NCBI RefSeq assembly: GCF_040938485.1
Contig: NW_027271853.1
Coordinates: 806,001-870,000 of the forward strand
Length of the DNA stretch: 64,000 nucleotides
Reading direction: 5' to 3'
Source: Diadema antillarum
Lineage: Eukaryota
A program made the position numbers and the translations under genes. Position 1 is the stretch's first letter. Each line of letters starts with the position of its first letter. The notes below the pieces were generated by a model that was not told the DNA's origin, did no database searches, and was given only the letters and a program-made list of their open reading frames with translations. Of the stretch, positions 33,741 to 45,572 are shown piece after piece.

Positions 33741-36700
33741 CTAGTTCCATCTTTTCGTGCTGGTGATCCAGTCGTAGAAATATGCGACGTCTGCGTAGAC
33801 GCCGTATTTACCAGCATCTGCGCAGCCATCACCCCAGCTGACAACACCTGCCAAGTACCACGTACCGTCGCTCTTTTGGTAAACCAAAGGACCGCCACTG
33901 TCTCCCTGTGCCAAACAAAAACACAAACAAAAAGCACAAAAAACAATAACAAAAACAACAACAACAATAATAATAATAACAAATACAAACAATTGAAAAG
34001 AAACAAAACAGTCAGAAGTTTATCATTCGTCACGTCGTTTTACGTCTCGCTTTCGGGCAACGAAGATACGTAAATAATACGTTTGTATCATGGTTTGTGT
34101 GTGTGTGCGTGTGTGCGTGTGTGCGTGTGTGCGTGTGTGCGTGTGTGTGTGTGTATGTGTGTGTGCTGATACGTGTACTATATTTTTTTTCTTTTCATTT
34201 GTTTATCTTGTACGATGAAGCAGAAGGTGTCTTTTTTCAGTTTGATTACGTTGATTGCATAGTTAAATGTTTGTATTTGTTTCACTGTGAAAACTATGGT
34301 GACATCAAACGGAATTTTTAAAAAAAATCATAAAAAATTGCTCAACTTCGAATTCTCCCTCTTCCATGCGCCGTTCTCTTCCTATTTTGTTGACGCCACG
34401 TACATTGGTATGTATTGCTCTATACGATGCTATATTTCTCTATAAAAAGTTGTGTGTGTGTGTGTGTGTGTGTGTGTGGTGATTTTGATGTTCTCGCTAA
34501 AGCCATACTTATAGGCAGGGCTCGACACTAACGGTGGCCCGGGGCCACCAAAAACGCACATCGGGCCACCAAAATTTCAGAAATGAAGACTTTGGTGGCC
34601 TGATCGGGCCACCCAAAAAGGACGGATGTTTGCCTTTGGGCCACCAAAAATAAAAGTTAGTGTGGAGCCCTGTTATAGGTATGGCTGGATTCTGCAATAT
34701 CCTCGTTACTTATAACCATTTAGTCGCAAAGAAATTTTGCTGTTAGGAAAACAAAACAAAAAAAGCAACTCTCATCTTGTAACCGTGAAATATTGTTTAT
34801 GCATCTGTGAATCTTACCATGATTGTAGAAAGATAAGATGGAACTAATGATAAAAAATACTAAAACATCATCACAAAATCAGAAAGTATTTTACAGAAAT
34901 CTGCCATAATGGAGGGAAAATGGAAATTAATCCTTTAGAAAGTTGTTGCCATTTTCAAGGATCGGTTATACAATTAGCAATTAAGAACTTTTTGAAAATT
35001 CTGTAATTGAAAGAAGCAATTACGTAATGACTAAGAAACTGTTCATTTTTATGAAAGAGAATGTAACACAAGCAATGGATATTAAAACCCATAAATGCGA
35101 TGAGGTAGCATAAATTCCACAAAATTGTGGTTTCCTGAAACAGATGCAATATTTTGTTCGACTCGGTTTTTTTTGTTTTTTTTTTGTTACGGATTTTGTA
35201 AGAAAATGAAAATTAATCTGAAGAAAAAGAATTCCATTCATTTTCTTTCGGTGACAAGTTAAAATGATTGCCTTCAGTGGTCATTGTTTGATATGGGGGG
35301 GGGGGGCGATTTGTAGCATCTATGAATCAAATCAAACTTTAAAAAAAAAGAGAGAAAAGCAATTGAATTTCTGTTACCTTGGTATGTCCATTAAGAGATA
35401 TAATATTGTCCTTACCTGGCACGAATCATACCCCCCTTTCGAGTATCCGGCACACATCATGGTATCATCAATTCCCCAGTATGCGTTCTTGCAGTTTCTT
35501 TCCGAGACAATTGGCACGTCGACTTGCTGTAAATAGGGATCATAAGAGGCTACGCGTACGTAGGGAAGGAAAGAAAATAAGATTAGAGAGGTAATGTTGC
35601 TGTTTTGTTGCTCTTTCTTCTTTTTATCCTTCCTTTTACTCATTTCCGTACAACCTGTTTTTTTTATTGCTATCATTCTTATCTCTGGCATTGGCAAATG
35701 CTGAGGGCATATTTAAATCACTTATGCTACACAAGGAAAGGCAAGGAAAAATTCGCCAAAGTATTTATTTTACGGCCCCCTTATGTGAGGTTACTTTCCA
35801 GGGATCAGATCCCAGGAAAACGGGGTCATCCTACTAGACCGACATCCACGAGTCATACAGCCCACGAGTTTGATATTGAAAACAGGTCCATGAGTCATAT
35901 GGCTCACGAGTCACACAGCCCATGAGTTCGGCACCAGGCAAATTAAGCCCATGAGTTCAACACTGTTACAGGTACATAAAAACAGCCTACGAGTTCGACA
36001 GATACAACACCGGGCTTAATGTGTCAGTCTTGTGGGCCTTGTTAGCTTAGTGTCGAACTCATGGCCTGTATGGCTCGTGAGCTGTATAACTCATGGGCTG
36101 CATGACTTGTTAGCTGTATGACTCGTGGGCTGTATGACTCGTGGGCTGTATGACTCGTGGGTGTCGGTCTCGTGACGTGCACCCAGGAAGACTGCTCTTG
36201 GCACCCAGGTCCACTCTTTGACTATACCGTTGCCATGGTTGCCGTATATCTTCTTTCTCACAGCAGTTGTTAAGTATTTTGTCATGAAGCAACACCAGCA
36301 CTTGATTTATCCTCTTTTTTTCTTCACTTTGTGATAAATTAATTTCAGATCGTACCTTCCTGGTCTCCCCAGCCTGTTACCCAGGCAACGGTGCCGGCAC
36401 TTGGACGAGTTTGCGCCAAGCAAGCCGGTGAGACTCCCTTACACCAATCTACCGGCTCGCGGAGCTTGATGAGAGCGACGTCATTGCTATTGCTCAGGGA
36501 TCCGTACCCTTCGTGAAGAATGATTTTCGATGCCGAGAATTTTTGATAGTACGATCCGTAGTAGTCGTTGACGTGGTGAGCACCCAGTACGAACTCGTAG
36601 TCGCTCAGATCAGGATCACCAATAGCGCTGTTTGGTAATTAAGGCATCACTCTTTTAGAGAGACGGAGAATTTTCCTTTCTTGACTCTATCATGAGATTT

Positions 36701-39700
36701 TAGCCTGATCTGATTTCATTTCATCTGGGGTGGCATACGTGACAAAGTTAGCTTGCTTTGACGCGCTCATAAAATTAGAAAATACAGTTCATCTTGCATC
36801 TGCCATAACGGCATTTATTTGTCTGTATTGTAGTATCATTATGGTGAGTAGATACAGGAGTCAGTTGCCGACATTCATACAGGGACACACAGCACCACTC
36901 ATAGGGGCAATGCATACAAGATTTTTTTTTTTTTTTTTTTTTTTTTTGGGGGGGGGGGGGGTATTGCTATTGTGATTTCCATTTCCCATCTGGCAGAATA
37001 GCTGTATAGCCACATTCCACTGCACTAGCTGGTCTTTCACTGGCCCAGTCGTAATACTTATGTAGGCCCTACTTGGGGCGGACCACTTTACCGGGTTATG
37101 GTTATAAAAGCACCTTGCTCTTCATGGGACAGTGAAAATGCATGGTGGCTTGTGTTAATTCAACATGATAAACTGACATCAGTTATGTGGCCAAATGGAC
37201 ATCTAAATATTAAGTGACTCATATTTCATATGTTTCTATTATTCTTCTTCAGATTACGTATACGCAAACACAAAAATGATTACCTCGTAGTTAAGTATGG
37301 AGCGCCAAGTGTCGCATAGTCTCCTTCGTGACGAAATTGGTTTTTCGTCGACAAGTGACAACGGCAATTTTGTCGACAAAATAGCAATGTCGTCACGAAA
37401 TTGTCATTTTATGACGAAAGAGATTATGCGACACCTGGTGCCCCATACCTAACTACGAGTTTATCCTCGAAGTAGGGATGGTACAGTACTGGTGGAGATG
37501 AGAATTGGGCTTTTAACTTTTTGCGAGATACCAAGAAAACACTTATGATATAGTACAGAACATACCATTTTAAAAGGAATTCAAAGTTTATTTGATGAAA
37601 ATCGGGTTTAGAATGACTGAAACATCCAGAAACAAAATAAAACAAAGTGCGTAATTAAGTGTGGGTCCCACATTTTATTAGAATTGCCCTTTTTTGGATA
37701 TCTCAGCCATTTCAAAACCAATTTTCATCAAATAAACGTTGAATTCCTCATAGAATTACATGGTCTTTCATATTTCATAAGAGGTTTCTTATTATCTCAC
37801 CAAAAAATGTTAGAAACCTGAAATTAAGTCTCAACCAAAACTATACAGTCCCTTTGAGGATCACGATCTGAACGAAACTATGTCCATGACATCATCTGTC
37901 AATTATCACTTAAGGACTAAAATTCATTTTGGCTAGCAAAGGACATTGGAATGCACTTTTCCCTACTGACAATCATATCTCGCATGTTTCCATGTTGATA
38001 ATATGATTAACAAAAAATTTCAAGGAGACATGAAAGTTATACTTAGTCCAGACGAATCTAGAGCAAGGTGCATTCCAAATTAGTACTTTATATGCGACTG
38101 ACAGATGATAACACTGACAAAATCTTGATTTGGAAGGTTTATTGTGGACGTATCCAAGTAATCTGAAGAAGAATAGTAGAAAATTTATACATGATAATTA
38201 TATGACATAATAATTATGATCACTTAAATATTGTTATTGCTAAATAAGTGGTGATCAGGGTATTATGAATCAATACAAGTCAACACCAATTTACATTGAA
38301 AAGTCCCTTTAAATGCGATGAGCAAGGAGTATATAGCATGTATAGTGTTTCTTCGTATGGAGCATTAGATAGTCGAACTTACGTATGGAAGCAATGGGCA
38401 GCCGACAAGACCCACTGACTGTCGATGAGGGTTCCACCGCACCACTGACCACCGAAGGATATCTTACGGACTTGTACCTGCCACGGCCAACTATTCCGAT
38501 TTGCCTCATATCCCCCGACGATTGTAGCCGACACCGTTGAGGGAGGGATTGCAGGTTCGCCGCAGGCTGGATCTCCTGGGTAGCGTGAAACGAACTTTAT
38601 GTATGAGGTGCCAAATGTAGCATGGCCTATTTCGTAACGAAATGACTGATTTCGTAATCCGATATGCCATGTGACACTTGGCGCCCCATACCAAACTACG
38701 GTCATTGCCCACGGTTTAAACCATGTACATAGATTGTACCACATTCATGAATTCGGACCTATTAGATTGATATTTTGTTATTCTTCACTTGTCAATAACA
38801 TGATATCTCGTTTTGTTCATCAAATTTATCTATATTTTTTACATTATTATTACAATTTGTATTATGTTACATTACTAAATTTATATTTTCTTCGGAGTTG
38901 TATTTGAAAGACCTATACCATTTTGTTGGTAATTGAAGAGGGGGTGTCCCCTCGCAAATTGGTCACGGAGTGTCATTTGAACAGTTTACTCTGAGACACA
39001 ATAGAGATCATACAAGGCTTGTTTTACTCGGCCACCGTCTTCAAAAGGCCAGTGGTTGGTGAAAGATCTTCACAAGTCGTTAGCTGGTTACCATTTTAAA
39101 CAAACAATGAACAATCAAATAAACAATAAAATAAGGTAAAATCCTTAGAAATCAGTCATATCATTTTTACCCTCCTTTCCCAACCAGAAATTTTGGAAAT
39201 GCAATTTAATCGCTAAACGGTTTTCGATGTTGCAACAAGAATATCTACCAAATCAAAGCCGCTGTCGCCAACCGAGAAAACTTTACTTACGCCTATTGTT
39301 GAGGAAAAAATACTTTAAAGGACAAGTTCACCTTCATAAACATAAGGATTGAGAGAATGTAGCAATATTAGTAGAACACATCATTGAAAGTTTGAGGAAA
39401 ATTGGACAATCCGTTCAAAAGTTGTGAATTTTTGAAGTTTTTGTGCAGTAACCGCTGGATGAGAAGACTACTGCAGTGTGTGAATAACTTAGATGTCACA
39501 TGCGTACAACAATATAAGGAAAATATAAAGAGAATTTCACAAAATTTCATCTTTTGCAAAAAGTTCACATTCCCCCGACTCGTTACTGACAAATGTTATG
39601 GGTAATATTATTCCCCCTGCCTTTAGAAAGAGGCAAGTCCATTGCTCTTTTATTATGCGAAAAAAAGTGAAAATATGTTGAATTCTCTTTACTTTTTCTT

Positions 39701-40800
39701 TATACTGTTGTACGCATATGACTCACAAGCTGTAGTAGTCTCCTCATCCAGCGGTTCCAACTCAAAAATTTAAAAAAATCATAACTTTTGCATCGATTGT
39801 CCAATTTTCCTCAAACTTTCACTGATGTGTTCTACTTATATTGTTGCATTCTCTCAATCCTTATGTTTATGAAGGTGAACTTGTCCTTTAATAGCACGAT
39901 ACTATTTAACAGCTCTATAGAAACCAACTACACCCCGTGACAATGAACACTTTTGCAACGAAATTTCATTACAACTGAGTAAAATCCAGGTGTCAAAATT
40001 ATTACAATTAAAACCTTTGCTAACATTTGCAGATTTAAAAAAAAAACAGCTTCAGTGCTTTATAATTGTTTTAAAATGTGAGTTAGGGATAAGAATAACC
40101 AACATAAAAATGTTCATCAGTATAATCAGAAGAAGATTAGAGAAGATTAGGGACATCTACTTATATTTGCGGTTTTACAACGAAATTGTTGTACCGAAGG
40201 GTATTTTTTGATACAAGTGAATTACATGCATCAAATGTGATAACTCCTAAACATTTTAAGCACTGCTCCCAATGTTAAATGTTGGTTTTTGTCTATGGTT
40301 CAAAATTCCCTTTGGTCACAACAACATTTTCATAACGAAAGAAGGCCGCCGGTCCCGAGGATTTAGATAAAAGGGAAGTCGCCTATACTGACGACAGGCT
40401 GGCAGAGTTTGTGGAAAATTCGGCGGCCCTTAAATTTTCGGCGTGCGTATGACACTATTACTGTATTTGAAAAGAACAATGGTGATGACTGTCTTCAACC
40501 AGAGTTTGCATCAAACGTAAAACAGAATGTAAAAAGTTGATTATAGACAAACTAAGAAAAAGAGAAAGGCAAATATTACAAATGGGAAGATTAACTGACC
40601 TCAATCCAAAGACCAATCGTGCAAAGAATTAGCAACAACTGATAAATTAAACATTGCACAAAAGTAAATCCAGGGTTTCACAGCACTTATAAGTACACTA
40701 TCTACAACAAGAGCACGATGAAAAATTTTCACAACAAAAGTCGCAAACCTAGAGCAGCTGCGTATGCGATAAGGCTTAGAAGAACAGCAAACTGGAACAT
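33741..40800 (-). CDS. Secreted trypsin-specificity S1A serine protease, copy A, 271 aa
   Basis: Exons on the minus strand: 40800-40749, 38575-38383, 36627-36356, 35549-35416, 33905-33741 (816 nt, phases 1,2,1,0). Signal [17 protein letters not shown]; propeptide [18 protein letters not shown]|IVGG; triad LSAAHC (His57), NDVALIKL (Asp102), GDSGGP (Ser195); GGYDSCQ (Asp189), SWGDGC (Gly216) and KYGVY (Gly226) indicate trypsin-like S1 specificity. Confidence 0.93.
34516..34672. mobile_element. 157-bp MITE in intron 4 of protease A
   Basis: TIR CAGGGCTCGACACTAAC vs CAGGGCTCCACACTAAC (16/17); TTATAGG directly repeated on both flanks; internal GGCCACCAAAA repeats. Confidence 0.8.
35823..36184. 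mobile_element. Foldback/MULE-like element in intron 3 of protease A
   Basis: Inverted arms (AGACCGACA[T/C]CCACGAGTCATACAGCCCACGAG at 35836; reverse complement ending 36170) built of 16-bp CACGAGTCATACAGCC units; degenerate 9-bp flanks AGGAAAACG and AGGAAGACT. Confidence 0.7.
37484..37856. mobile_element. Kolobok-like element family 2, degenerate copy (protease A intron 2)
   Basis: Collinear similarity to 12611-12980; right end ACTATACAGTCCCT. Confidence 0.65.
39319..39887. mobile_element. Kolobok-like non-autonomous element family 1, intact (protease A intron 1)
   Basis: TTAA|AGGACAAGTTCACCTTCATAAACATAAGGATTGAGAGAATG ... CATTCTCTCAATCCTTATGTTTATGAAGGTGAACTTGTCCT|TTAA. Perfect ~40-bp TIR and TTAA target duplication. 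AGG ends fit Kolobok rather than piggyBac. Confidence 0.88.
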
Positions 40801-43656
40801 CTTCTCTTCGTTTTTTCTTTCCCGACGTTTCGCGATCTTGTCTTCCCGAAAGAGAGCAGCAAGAAGAATAACTTTCCTGCCGACTTCTGTTACATTTTAT
40901 GAGTGAATTGCGGACGTTTCTTCTTCGGTAAAGACGATGGTGCGCGTCTTTGGTAAAATTGCTGACGTCTGTGGTATGCAAAACAAACGTTGATTGGTTG
41001 CCACTTCATGCATATTCATATCCCTTTTGTTATCAGTCTCCGCCTGTCTGAGGATGGCTCTGCACCGTACAGAGTCAAACTGGAAAATCATCTTTGAAGC
41101 AGCTTGAACGTTTAGATGAATATAATCCTCATATAAAATGTAGATAGATTAATAACATGATGTAAGGCATACGACATAACATTACATCATGAAAAGGAAT
41201 AGGAAAGAAAAATTTGGGGACGAAATCGCTTTCCTTCGCTTTTTTTTTCTTTATAAAACGGAGAATATAATATCGAAGGAAGAATCCGGGATTATAACTG
41301 TTTAACAACAGATGGATTTACTGATGGTTGGTGCAACGTGACCAGATGACGCTTTATAACCGTCATCTCATCAGCTACTGAGTACAACGCTTGTTTTAAC
41401 AGTCGCTTTAGCCATACATGTTCATGTCAACATTTCCAAGTCAACCAATATTGAATTCACCTCTGACACTGAAAAAGAGAGAGCAATAAAACAGAACTTA
41501 TTTCCACCGATTTTCGAACAAGTCAGCACAAAATTCTTCTAACTCTGAGAAGAAGAGTAAACAAAGATATCGAAAATTCAAAACGTCAACAAAATGGGCG
41601 GATTTGACATGCAAATTGAGGCAATGCACGGTATTGGGCTCGTCATCTGTCCATTGTCCAATCGCAGTGAAGACAAACATCGGTAGATAAAACCCTATAT
41701 TCTATGTCCTTGATGATAATACGCCCGAATACAAAACGATGCAATCTAGTCACACTAAGTCACGCGCCTCATGTGCGCAGGTGTACTTTCTCCCTCAAGA
41801 AAATGAACTTTATCTATAGGTCTATTATCTGTATACCTTCAATTTCTTGCACGTCATATTTACCTTGAGAATTCGTCATCACTATCATCGCTGTAATATC
41901 AAAAGCGCTGATCTGACTGTAAAAAGCAGAAGAAAAAAAAAAGAAGAAGAGCAGAAGTAGGTACTTTGTCGACTTTGCCAACAAAGGCAAATATAATTGC
42001 CTGGGAGACTAGTCGTCAACTCGAATCTTCCTGGTTGCAGAGACATCGCTGTAAAATAAGAATCAATCAATCAGTGATTGTAGCATTGGTGAAAACAGAA
42101 CCAAAAAAACAAAACAAAACAAAACATGGGCAGGGGTGTACTGTAAAAAGAAAAAGTAAAATTACAGCAAATCTGACAGCAACATGCAGAGTCGCTAGAA
42201 AATTTGCTGTCAAAAAACAGGCTGTATGTAAGTGTAGTATACATTTCAGAACTGTAATTTAGATTTATAGGTCGCTATGTGACCTTGACTAGCAGAGATA
42301 TACTGCAAAACGCTTAAAGGTAGAGGATACCTTTTACAGACCTCCAAAATGCAGCAAAACATTAAATACGAACCTCAGGGGACTTGTTTAGGCCACTGCT
42401 GAGAAATTTGGAAGTTAACAGTTATCTACAATTTGAATAATGCACAAAACTCAATTACTCAGTAGTTCTGTGTTTCAGCCACACTTAAGCCTTTTTGTTG
42501 CAGTCTTCTGTATTTTTTATCTATAAACACAAATCTAAAAGTTTAAGAGCTGATGTAATAACATACCATAGAGTGTGTGGCAAGAACGTATATAGAAATG
42601 TTTGTAAGTTTTGATGAACTTTCTTCACAAAATATACATGATGGACACACATGCAGTGCATGAGTCTGCAAAGGTAGCCTAATAGTGTACTGGAATTTAC
42701 GGTGAGCCCCGAAAAAAATTCAATTCAAAATCTAACGGTCAATAAAAATGTATTAAATGTTACCTTCGACTTTCAATACTTCATGGGAGTTTCTAAAATG
42801 ATACTCTCTTCAACATACCACTTTATTTATACAACTCTTCAGTTAAGGCATGCAAATGGGATTCCCTACCTTTAACATATCATTTCTGTAGAAAAAAAAA
42901 AACATGCATGTTATAACTTCTTACAGGTGTCTTAAGGCAGTATAATCCACGAACTCCTGATTGCTATAGGCAAGAATAATAGATTGAAAGAGTACCCCTT
43001 TGAACACCTTGGGGTGCAATTTTGAACCCTGTGGGTTCATTAAGGCACCCCTTTATAGGGAGTCAGGGGTTCAAATTTTGAGGCAAAGGGGATTGCTGCT
43101 ATTGTATTACGCCTAGAGGTTCAATTTTTGTGTGCTGTAAGGGATTAGAACCATCACTGGCTATCCGGCGGAAGCTCTGTAGTCAATTTTATAGCAGGTG
43201 TGACGCATGTCTAACAATCAGAATGCCGTTAGTTCAAATCCAACCCGAGTATTTATATAACATGTCCATGATTTTATAAGCTGATGTCCAGCTTCGCTTT
43301 TATTGCTATAATATGTCCAAGAAATATCATATTGAACAATCATGTCTTAGGAGAATGTCCGCAGGCTGTTGTTCTATTTCTATTGTTTAATAGTCAATGA
43401 TACGAGAATGTCCAGCTGTGCAATATTGTTATAGTTCTTATGTCATAAAGCCAAGCTTCGTCCGGCTTTACATTACTCTTATACCTCTTTAGCATAAGTC
43501 AATAAAAGGAGAACGTCCGGATTTACATACCGGTAGCAGTGCACTCTGTGCTGCTATTGATAAAGTGGCCTTCATAGACTCCCCCACTATTTATTGGTTA
43601 GACTAACAATGTCAATGTCATTTTGTGTGTGTATATTATATATGTATGTATGTATG

Positions 43657-43688
<32 letters not shown>

Positions 43689-43789
43689 CGTGTATATTAT
43701 ACAAGTTACAGGTAATCATTCCATGTATATCATATACATGTATGTATGACGTCTGTATAGCTCTGCTGAATAAACCATGTTGAACCAGC

Positions 43790-43829
<40 letters not shown>

Positions 43830-43898
43830 GAGAAGGATAACCAGTCACACACACACACCAACACACATATATATATATGTTTATATATATATATACAC

Positions 43899-43951
<53 letters not shown>

Positions 43952-44071
43952 AACATGAAGAAACAGAAAACGGTGCGTAGCTTTAAGATTATTGTTTCTC
44001 TTAATGTCCATTTTTTCTTTTTCTTTTTTTTTTTTTGGGGGGGGGGGGGAATGAACGAGTTGAACAATTTT

Positions 44072-44139
44072 GTCGTACGCCGGGAATCGAACCCTAGTCC
44101 TTTGGCATGAAACACCATCGCCATAACCGCTCGGTTATC
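44072..44139 (-). repeat. tRNA-derived sequence (SINE head or tRNA pseudogene)
   Basis: Minus strand GATAACCGAGCGGTTATGGCGATGG..GGGTTCGATTCCC has Pol III A- and B-box-like motifs, but the acceptor stem does not pair. A more decayed relative sharing CATGCCAAAGGACT lies at about 57616-57661. Confidence 0.55.
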
Positions 44140-44668
44140 AAATATCAGGTATAATGATTCTCTACTACCAGCGATGCACATCACATCACGCAAATACAAA
44201 ACAACCACAGTCATGACAGTCACAAATTTTCCGAAAGGACATGATCGAACGGATCTACTCTATAAAAAAAAAAAAATAAAAAAAAACATATCCACATCAG
44301 TCAATCTCCCAATCATTATTCTCCCAACCATCACAATTGCGAGGAGTCCATGGGCGGAGTTACAAAAGAAGAGACAAAGACTTAATCGTGTATTATACTA
44401 ACTTGCCTTGTGCAGTTTATTCTGTTCTTCGATACCATTAATTCTCTCTATGGCGATTATACGCCCTGGTATCTATTTGATGTTTGATCGCAAAAGTGCA
44501 TTTTTTTTTTAGATATAAATTTCAAACTAAGTCCACGATCAGAGAAAAACACCACCACCCCCCCCCCCCAAAAAAAAATCCCATGATACCTCATTTGACA
44601 AATTTGGGATTAAAACATCCCATATTACCTTATATTTGTCTTTGTTAATTGCAGGTTTAATATCTTAA

Positions 44669-44682
44669 AGGACAAGTCCACC

Positions 44683-44733
<51 letters not shown>

Positions 44734-45262
44734 ATTGAGAGAATGCAGCAATACTAGTAGAACACATCAGTGAAAGTTTGAGGAAAATTGGACAATCCGT
44801 TCAAAAGTTACGAATATTTTAAGTACCTGCGCAGTCACTGCTGGAAGAGAAGACTACTACAGTGTATGATGTCACATGCGTACAACTATATAAGGAAAAT
44901 GAAAAGAGAGTTTCACAAAACTTTACTTTTTGAATAAAGTGCACATTTCTTCGACTTGCTACTGACGTATGTCAAGGGTAATATTATTCCCCTGCCTTCT
45001 GAAAGAGAGAAGTCGAGTGTTCTTTTGTCATGCGAGAAAAATGGAAATATGTTGAATTTTCTTTATTCTTTCTTTATGTCGTTGTACTCATGTGACATCA
45101 CAAGCTATAGTAGTCTTTTCATCCAGCCGTGACTGAGCAGAAACTTCAAAAATTCATAACTTTTTAACGGATTGTCCGATTTTGCTCAAACTCTCACTGA
45201 TGTGTTCTAATAATATTGCTGCATTCACTCAACCCACATGTATATGAAGGTGAACTTGTCCT
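44669..45262. mobile_element. Kolobok-like element family 1 with a (TA)n expansion inside the left TIR
   Basis: TTAA|AGGACAAGTCCACCTTCA(TA)n..; ..TATATGAAGGTGAACTTGTCCT|TTAA; body homologous to 39319-39887. Confidence 0.85.
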
Positions 45263-45572
45263 TTAAATTAACAAGAATAGCTTTCTACGATCGAACTCTT
45301 CATATAATGCGTTCTGTCTGTGTCAAAACTGTGTCTTCAGTTGTCAACATGAAATTAACCAATAAGGAACGACTAACATCTATTGGACATTTTATTTAGT
45401 CGACGTGTCTAATCATAATAATATGATACGTGGATTCTATACTTGTCATCGAAGGTGCAATTGAGTGCCCATACGTTGAATTTCATATCATATTTTGCTT
45501 AGACTTTATTTTTTCATGGGGTTTTAATCTAAACATATGCTCGAACTAGGCATCAAGGTTTCGTACTCGGGT

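Noticed and set aside
44072-44139. Functional tRNA gene
   Set aside because: The acceptor stem cannot pair and the anticodon arm is irregular.
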